A DNA stretch of 64,000 bases from an uncultured Bacteroidota bacterium (GTDB taxonomy: Bacteria; Bacteroidota; Bacteroidia; UBA4408), in contig CAIKXD010000276.1 of NCBI GenBank assembly GCA_903831265.1, positions 21,998 through 85,997 of the forward strand. The letters run 5' to 3'. The notes beneath the pieces were generated by a model. The model was not told the DNA's origin. It worked only from the letters and a program-made list of their open reading frames with translations, and did not search any database. A program made the translations under genes and the position numbers. This document shows positions 57,903 through 64,000 of this stretch, in pieces. Numbering within the stretch: the stretch's first letter is position 1; each line of letters opens with the position of its first letter.

Positions 57903-58730
57903 CTATCCTTTAGTTATTTTATTTTTTTTGGCTTCATTCCAATAAACGTCCATTTCTTGTAAAGTCATATCACTTAGTTGTTTTCCTACATTTTTAGCAG
58001 CTTGTTCGAGGTACTGAAAACGATGAATGAATTTTCTATTTGTTTTTTCTAAAGCATCTTCAGGATTGATACCTACAAAACGCGCATAGTTAATTAAGCT
58101 GAATAATATATCTCCGAATTCATCTTCTTTTTTATCGAAATCGGAATTGTTATCCATTTCGGTTTTAAACTCTGCCAATTCTTCGTTTACCTTGTCCCAC
58201 ACTTGTGAGGGTTCATCCCAATCGAATCCTACGGCTCTTACTTTTTCTTGAATGCGCTGTGCCTTAATCATTGCCGGCAAAGAAACAGGCACGCCTCCTA
58301 GCACCGACTTATTGCCTTCTTTTATTTTTAACTTTTCCCAATTTTCTTTTACCTGTTCTTGATTATTAACCTCCACTAGCTTACCATCATTATTGGGATC
58401 ACCATATATGTGAGGATGACGAAAAATGAGTTTTTCGCAAAGGCTATTAATTACATCGGTGATATTGAAATCATTAGTTTCGGAACCAATTTTAGCGTAA
58501 AAAACGATATGCAATAATACATCACCAATTTCTTTCTTTATTTCACTTTTGTTTTCTTTCATGATGGCATCGCTGAGCTCATAAACCTCTTCGATGGTGA
58601 GATGACGCAGCGTTTCAAAAGTTTGTACTTTATCCCAAGGACATTTTTCGCGCAAATCATCCATAATTTTCAACAATCTTTCAAAGGCTATTAACTCAGG
58701 TTTCATCTGTGATATTATTATTTTGGACAA
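57903..58730 (-). CDS. mazG: Nucleoside triphosphate pyrophosphohydrolase MazG
   Basis: CPWD..QT, IEE.YEL.DAI, E.GD.LLHIVF, KLI.RHPHIYG, GFDW, EFGD.LF, PE.ALE.TN.KF. Confidence 0.95.
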   Translation of the reverse strand: MSKIIISQMKPELIAFERLLKIMDDLREKCPWDKVQTFETLRHLTIEEVYELSDAIMKENKSEIKKEIGDVLLHIVFYAKIGSETNDFNITDVINSLCEKLIFRHPHIYGDPNNDGKLVEVNNQEQVKENWEKLKIKEGNKSVLGGVPVSLPAMIKAQRIQEKVRAVGFDWDEPSQVWDKVNEELAEFKTEMDNNSDFDKKEDEFGDILFSLINYARFVGINPEDALEKTNRKFIHRFQYLEQAAKNVGKQLSDMTLQEMDVYWNEAKKNKITKG

Positions 58731-58870
58731 ATTTAATAGTATTTAGGTCTAATTATAGAAAACATTTTAATCAAACTTAGGCAATCAAATTTGTTTTATG
58801 TGATAAGATTATTAGATTTGTGTTCTTTAAAAACAACAAAACATTAACATAAACTAATATTAACAAACAA

Positions 58871-60847
58871 ATGAAGAAAAATTTACTTTTAGCCTTAGGT
58901 GTTGGCTTCTGTTTTTCAGGCTTTGCACAAACGCAGCTTGTTCCCAAAAAGCAAGACAAAACCAATTCCAAATTCAATAAACAAGATGGACTTAACTTTT
59001 CGGCTATTGGCCAACAAAGACCATATTTAAATTTTAGTGATGGTGGATCAAACAGAGCTGTAACTAAAACCGCTTTTTCGGGTTCAAGAAATGCTTATGG
59101 TCTAATTGTAACTGAATCAAATTGCTTAACAGCTAATCAGCAATTAAATGCTGTTATGTTTACGCATCGTATTAGTAGTTTTTTTACTTTACCTAACGAT
59201 AATAGTGGTTATATCCAAAATACATTTAGTACTAATTTTGGAACTACTTGGGATTCAATTATTCAAACTGCAGATGCTGTAAATTTATGCCGTTACCCAA
59301 GTGGTGCAATTTTTAACCCTGCAGGAAATACCGATATCAACAATGCATTTGCAACAGTTGCAGGACCAATTACCTCTGGAGCAGGTTGGATAGGTAATTA
59401 CTTTTCTTCTTCAAGATTAGACAGTACAAACAACTTTCCAATATTTTCTATCGATGGATCTGCTGGTGTTACAAACCAAGGCTTTGCTAGAATTGGTTAC
59501 ACCGCTACAGACTCAAAAACTATTGTAACTGGTGGTTTATATGCTGATCCAAATGGAACTACAGCTGCAAGTCAACTTTACAGAGGTACAACCTTAAATT
59601 ACGCTACGCCTGATACAGGAAATACATTTGCATGGACTATTGACTCAATCAAACCAAATTTTTTATTAGGTGCTGATGGTTCATTCGAAACTTACACAAT
59701 TACTCAAACTGCTTGGAACAAAGCTGGAAACATTGGTTATGTTATTTTTAACGGTGTTGAAGCCACAATTACAGATTCAAGCGCTTTAGGATATGTTCCT
59801 ATTGTTTACAAAACAACAGATGCAGGAACAACATGGAATATGTTACCTTCATTTAATTTTTCTACTTTGCCTGCAATCGATTCTACTTTAGATCAAAGTT
59901 GGGTTAGTCAAGATGGAGATTACACAGGTCCTAAAAAGGCATGGTTTAGTCAAGATAAAGGTTACGATTGTGCTGTTGATGAAAATGGTAATTTACACAT
60001 TTTCTGCACTGTAGTGAGTGGATTTACCAACAACCCCGATTCACTAGGTTACACCCTTACACCAGGTTTAGCTGCTCCTACAAAAACATTTTATATGTTT
60101 GATACCTATACTACAGGAACAACTTGGGATGCTACCTTAGTAGATTCATTAAATACTGAAAATGCTGACGAGTTTTCGCCATTTACTGATGAAACAGGCA
60201 CACCGTTTGCAATTGACGCAAGAATGCAAATGAGTCGTTCTGATGATGGTTCTAAACTATTTTTCTTATGGTTAGATTCTGAACCAGATATTAATGAGCA
60301 AATTGAAAACAGCAAGCCAAACATTTTTGGTAAAGGTTATGATGTTACTAATCAAAAATGGACTTTTACTAAAAAGTTTACCGAAGATGCGCAAAATTAT
60401 TTCATGTTTACATCTAATATTGCATTACAAAACGGAACACTTTACAAAATACCAACTACAATATCTTTACCTTTAGATTGGCCAAATGATGTAAACTTAA
60501 TTAACCCAATGAGACATTTTTATGTTGATGGTATAGAGTTTGACCAAACAGAGTTTGTTAATGTAAAAAACATTGATAAAGCTGCAGGTTTTGATGTAAC
60601 AGGCAACACGCCAAACCCATTCAACCAACAAACTACATTCAATATCAGTTTAACTGAAACAGCCCATGTAACTGTAGACATTATCAATACTTTAGGTACT
60701 ACTGTAGCTACTATGGATAAAGGAAACTTAGTTGCGGGTTCACATAAACTTACCATTGATGGTTCTGACTTAGCTTCTGGTTTATACTTTTATACAGTAA
60801 AAGCTGGCAACAAAAGCGTAACACGCAAAATGATGGTTAAGAAATAA
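58871..60847 (+). CDS. Secreted T9SS type A sorting-domain protein of unknown function
   Basis: Signal peptide; BNR-like S.NFGTTW and TTDAGTTW; C-terminal PNPFN...LASGLYFYTV...TRKMMV. Confidence 0.85.
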   Translation: MKKNLLLALGVGFCFSGFAQTQLVPKKQDKTNSKFNKQDGLNFSAIGQQRPYLNFSDGGSNRAVTKTAFSGSRNAYGLIVTESNCLTANQQLNAVMFTHRISSFFTLPNDNSGYIQNTFSTNFGTTWDSIIQTADAVNLCRYPSGAIFNPAGNTDINNAFATVAGPITSGAGWIGNYFSSSRLDSTNNFPIFSIDGSAGVTNQGFARIGYTATDSKTIVTGGLYADPNGTTAASQLYRGTTLNYATPDTGNTFAWTIDSIKPNFLLGADGSFETYTITQTAWNKAGNIGYVIFNGVEATITDSSALGYVPIVYKTTDAGTTWNMLPSFNFSTLPAIDSTLDQSWVSQDGDYTGPKKAWFSQDKGYDCAVDENGNLHIFCTVVSGFTNNPDSLGYTLTPGLAAPTKTFYMFDTYTTGTTWDATLVDSLNTENADEFSPFTDETGTPFAIDARMQMSRSDDGSKLFFLWLDSEPDINEQIENSKPNIFGKGYDVTNQKWTFTKKFTEDAQNYFMFTSNIALQNGTLYKIPTTISLPLDWPNDVNLINPMRHFYVDGIEFDQTEFVNVKNIDKAAGFDVTGNTPNPFNQQTTFNISLTETAHVTVDIINTLGTTVATMDKGNLVAGSHKLTIDGSDLASGLYFYTVKAGNKSVTRKMMVKK

Positions 60848-60865
60848 TAACCAACTTTAACTAAT

Positions 60866-60908
60866 AAAAAAACCCGCTGAGTATACTACTCAGCGGGTTT
60901 TTTATTTT
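60866..60908 (+). terminator. Rho-independent terminator
   Basis: AAAAAAACCCGCTGAGTA-tac-TACTCAGCGGGTTTTTT. Confidence 0.92.
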
Positions 60909-60959
60909 ATTACTATTGTTGATTTACGATTGATGTATTGCGATATTGGGCCTTACAAT

Positions 60960-61058
60960 TGCGTTAAGGATGGGCGTGGAAATCTTTTTTGGCCTTTGGA
61001 AGGCCAAAAAAATTGGAACATACAGCCTGGCGGCTGCTTCAGCAGACGAACGCCCAAA
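60960..61058 (-). ncRNA. Flavo-1-like RNA motif / Bacteroidota intergenic structured repeat
   Basis: Minus strand reads TTTGGGCGTTCG...CAGGCTGTATGTTCCAATTTTTTTGGCCTTCCAAAGGCCAAAAAAGATTTCCACGCCCATCCTTAACGCA, matching my recollection of the Flavo-1 layout (GGGCGU...GGCU...AUCCYUAACGC); not checked with a covariance model. Confidence 0.65.
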
Positions 61059-61207
61059 TACAATTATGTTATAGATTCGAAAATTAAAATTTCATTGAGG
61101 AAAATTTGCTTTCGAAAATAGCGCTAATCTCCTTATATTATCCATCAGGAACTAGTCCTCACATGAATCTAAATAATTTACTTTTAAAACTTAAAGACTA
61201 GCTAGAT

Positions 61208-62392
61208 TTATTCTGATTCCACAGTATTGTGCTTTGCTTTTTTGGAGCCTGCGTAGATATCGTACTTTAAAAATCTGCATTCTAACTGTCCATTGAATAC
61301 AATGTATTTTTTTGTTGCATGTAATCCAATGTGCTTAGCTGCTTCTCGGTTTGCAGTAATTATCCATGCACTATGGCCGCCATAATTTTTCTTTAATGTA
61401 TCGCCAATTCTTTTGTACAACACTTCAATATCATCTTTATCGAGCCTGCCGCCATAAGGTGGGTTAATAATAATAGTGCCCGGATTTTCTGGAGCATCGG
61501 CTGTTTCAAAATCGGCTAATTCGGTTTTAATGATTCCCGAAAAATCGGTGTGCTTAATGTTATCTCTGGCAATGGTTAAGCTTTTTCGTGCACTATCACT
61601 ACCTTCAATAGGGGCATTTGTTTTTAATTTTCTATTGGCATTCGATTCCAACACCATGGCTTTAAAGGCTTCTTCATCAAAAATTTTCCAGCGTTCAAAA
61701 CCAAATTCTTTACGGTAATATCCTGCTGGTGTAGCTGTTGACATCATAGCAGCTTCAATTAAAAAAGTACCTGAACCACACATAGGATCGTAAAATGGTT
61801 GATCGGTTGTCCAACCAGATTTTATAATTAAACCTGCAGCTAATACTTCGTTAATTGGTGCTTTATTAACGCCAATTCTATAACCACGCATATGTAATGA
61901 GTTTCCAGAAGAGTCGAGTAGCACAGTGGCTTGTTCTCTAAAAATATGCACCTGTATTCTTAAATCGGGATGTTCATTATCAACCGAAGGTCTAATGCCA
62001 GTGCGATGTCTAAAAAAATCGGCAATTGCATCTTTAGCGCGCATAGAAACAAACATGGTATTATCAAATGCCGACTGATTGCAAATGCTATTGATGGTGA
62101 TGGTGTTGTTGGGTTGAATAAGTTCATCCCAAGGTAAATCATACACTTCTTCATATAAGGTATTACCATCGGGCACTTCAAAAGTGGCTATTTTAATTAG
62201 TACACGCAGGGCTAGCCTACTATTGTAATTTATTTTATAAACTAAAGGTAAATCTGCGGTACAAACTACTGCCCTATTATGTAGTTCAATGTTATCTACG
62301 CCGAGAGATTTAAGCTCGTCAGCTAATAGTTCTTCAAAGCCATAATGGCACGATACAACTAGATTAAGTTGTCCTGATAAAATATTTTTCAA
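61208..62392 (-). CDS. THUMP-domain SAM-dependent RNA methyltransferase (RlmL/YpsC-like)
   Basis: G.EELLA.EL, KDAIAD.FR, LDSSG.SLH.RGYR, APINEVLAAG, DPMCGSGTFLIEAA, NPPYG.R. Confidence 0.9.
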   Translation of the reverse strand: MKNILSGQLNLVVSCHYGFEELLADELKSLGVDNIELHNRAVVCTADLPLVYKINYNSRLALRVLIKIATFEVPDGNTLYEEVYDLPWDELIQPNNTITINSICNQSAFDNTMFVSMRAKDAIADFFRHRTGIRPSVDNEHPDLRIQVHIFREQATVLLDSSGNSLHMRGYRIGVNKAPINEVLAAGLIIKSGWTTDQPFYDPMCGSGTFLIEAAMMSTATPAGYYRKEFGFERWKIFDEEAFKAMVLESNANRKLKTNAPIEGSDSARKSLTIARDNIKHTDFSGIIKTELADFETADAPENPGTIIINPPYGGRLDKDDIEVLYKRIGDTLKKNYGGHSAWIITANREAAKHIGLHATKKYIVFNGQLECRFLKYDIYAGSKKAKHNTVESE

Positions 62393-62403
62393 ATGTTTAA
62401 TTT

Positions 62404-62667
62404 TTATTGATTTGCAGCTTTATGGTCATTAATTTGCTGCTGTACTTGCTGACTAGCTTTTTTCATTTCTTCGGTAACGGGCTCGGCGCTTTTTTCTATT
62501 TCTCTTTTGATACCATCGGTAGCTTCTCTGAACTCACGCATGCCTTTACCAAGGCCTCTTGCCAAGTTAGGAATATTTTTAGAGCCAAAAAAAAGAAGCA
62601 CCACCACTAAAATAAGCATAACCTCTGAGCCGCCTAAATTCAAAAATAATAGATTTAATAAAATCAT
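62404..62667 (-). CDS. tatA: Twin-arginine translocase subunit TatA/E
   Basis: GGSE..LILVV.LLFFG.K.IP.LARGLGKGMREFR.A. Confidence 0.92.
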   Translation of the reverse strand: MILLNLLFLNLGGSEVMLILVVVLLFFGSKNIPNLARGLGKGMREFREATDGIKREIEKSAEPVTEEMKKASQQVQQQINDHKAANQ

Positions 62668-62823
62668 TGTATCATAAATATTGCCCCAAAAGTAAGCTTT
62701 TTAAAGGAGTTTCAATAATAAAGACATAAAGTTTTGAAAAATTATGAATTACTGTATATTGATAACTGTTAACCTTATTTTTTTTTATACTTTAGACCCC
62801 TCAAAATTTTAAAGCCTTAGATT

Positions 62824-63438
62824 ATGCATATAGCCATTGCCGGAAATATTGGTTCCGGAAAAACCACACTCACTACTCTATTAGCCAAACATTACAATTG
62901 GCAAGCACACTTCGAAGATGCTGATGATAATCCTTACCTGAACGATTTTTACGAAGACATGCAACGTTGGAGTTTTAACCTTCAAATATACTTCTTAAAC
63001 AGCAGATTTAATCAAGTATTAGAAATAAGAAAGAGCGGTAAAAATGTAATTCAAGACAGAACTATTTATGAGGATGCTTACATATTTGCGCCTAACCTAC
63101 ATAGTATGGGATTGATGACCACCCGTGACTTTGAAAACTATTTTTCATTGTTTAACCTTATGGACAGCTTTGTGCAGCCACCCGATTTATTGATTTATTT
63201 AAGAGCATCTGTGCCTACTTTGGTTAATCAAATTCAAAAAAGAGGAAGAGATTATGAAAATTCTATCCGTTTAGATTATTTGAAACGATTGAATGAGCGC
63301 TACGAAGCTTGGATATCTACCTACAACCATGGAAAGCTATTAATTATAGAGGTTGACAATTTAAATTTTGCAGAATCCAACGAAGATCTTGGTGTAATTG
63401 TAAATAAAATTGATGCCGAAATACATGGTTTATTTTAA
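62824..63438 (+). CDS. Deoxynucleoside kinase (dCK/dGK family)
   Basis: IAIAGNIGSGKTT, NPYL.DFY, LQIYFL..RF, QDRTIYED, PDLLIYL, I.KRGR.YE. Confidence 0.93.
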   Translation: MHIAIAGNIGSGKTTLTTLLAKHYNWQAHFEDADDNPYLNDFYEDMQRWSFNLQIYFLNSRFNQVLEIRKSGKNVIQDRTIYEDAYIFAPNLHSMGLMTTRDFENYFSLFNLMDSFVQPPDLLIYLRASVPTLVNQIQKRGRDYENSIRLDYLKRLNERYEAWISTYNHGKLLIIEVDNLNFAESNEDLGVIVNKIDAEIHGLF

Positions 63439-63465
63439 TAATTCAACACAACATTTATACATTCT

Positions 63466-64000
63466 ATGAAAAAACTAATTTTTCTTTTTACATCATTATT
63501 AGTAATTACCTCATTGCAATTAAGTGCCACACCTGATGAAGGAATGTGGTTACCCATGCTTATTAAACGATTGAATGCCGCTGATATGGCCAAGCAGGGC
63601 TGTAAATTAACACCAGAGGAGATCTATCAGGTAAACCAAACTGCGCTTAAAGATGCCATCGTAAGTCTTGAGTTTTGCACAGCAGAAATTGTATCGGCCA
63701 ACGGCTTAATGTTTACAAATCATCATTGTGCTTACGATGCCATACAAGAAAACAGTAGCGTTGAGCACAACTATTTAGACAATGGTTTTTGGGCCAAATC
63801 GTACAGCGAGGAATTAAAAATTCCTGGTCAAACAGCCTCAATTCTTGTTCGTATGGAAGATGTAACAGCCGAAGTTTTAAAAGGCATTGATGACAATACC
63901 AGCGCAAGCGACAGAAGTAAAATGATTAGTGACGTTTCGAAAGAAATTTCAAAAAAAGCAGGTGAAGAAGGCAAATATAAAGCGGTTGTAAAAGACATGT
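63466..64000 (+). CDS. S46 family dipeptidyl-peptidase (DPP7/DPP11-like), N-terminal part truncated by the window edge
   Basis: Hand translation: MKKLIFLFTSLLVITSLQLSATPDEGMWLPMLIKRLN...LKDAIV...FCTAEIVSANGLMFTNHHCAYDAIQ..S.VEHNYLDNGFWA; missing from the ORF track because it has no stop in the window. Confidence 0.92.
   Translation, partial: MKKLIFLFTSLLVITSLQLSATPDEGMWLPMLIKRLNAADMAKQGCKLTPEEIYQVNQTALKDAIVSLEFCTAEIVSANGLMFTNHHCAYDAIQENSSVEHNYLDNGFWAKSYSEELKIPGQTASILVRMEDVTAEVLKGIDDNTSASDRSKMISDVSKEISKKAGEEGKYKAVVKDM

Noticed and set aside
60930-61121. 63-aa ORF
   Set aside because: Coincides with the Flavo-1-like structured element and is probably spurious

Overview
AT-rich Bacteroidota chromosomal segment, inferred from T9SS C-terminal sorting domains, TAnnTTTG promoters, an S46 peptidase and a Flavo-1-like RNA. 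Most of it is housekeeping, envelope or glycan-catabolism genes: SulP/carbonic anhydrase, GH20, GH13 x2, GH31, tsaD, tamB, ppk1, an mnmD-like methyltransferase, alkB, yajQ, asnB/GT cluster, mazG, tatA and a deoxynucleoside kinase. The standout is a ~3.1 kb insert (16067-19163) with no recognisable integrase, bounded by a 40-bp direct repeat of the tsaD 3' end. It carries a REP-associated HUH (Y1) transposase (RAYT) whose REP + promoter + first codons are tandemly triplicated. It also holds an inverted REP downstream, a long nested RNA hairpin with an alternative pairing partner, a secreted LamG/T9SS cargo gene and a second decayed copy of the RAYT 3' end. My inference is that this is a RAYT/REP-driven duplication and cargo-mobilisation system. 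Secondary points are a PNGase F domain split by a ~520-aa insert, a Lys-rich protein co-transcribed with ppk1, a VTC/DUF4956 operon with no adjacent CotH, and a TMTC-like glycosyltransferase. All family calls come from motif recognition by eye; no database search was run.
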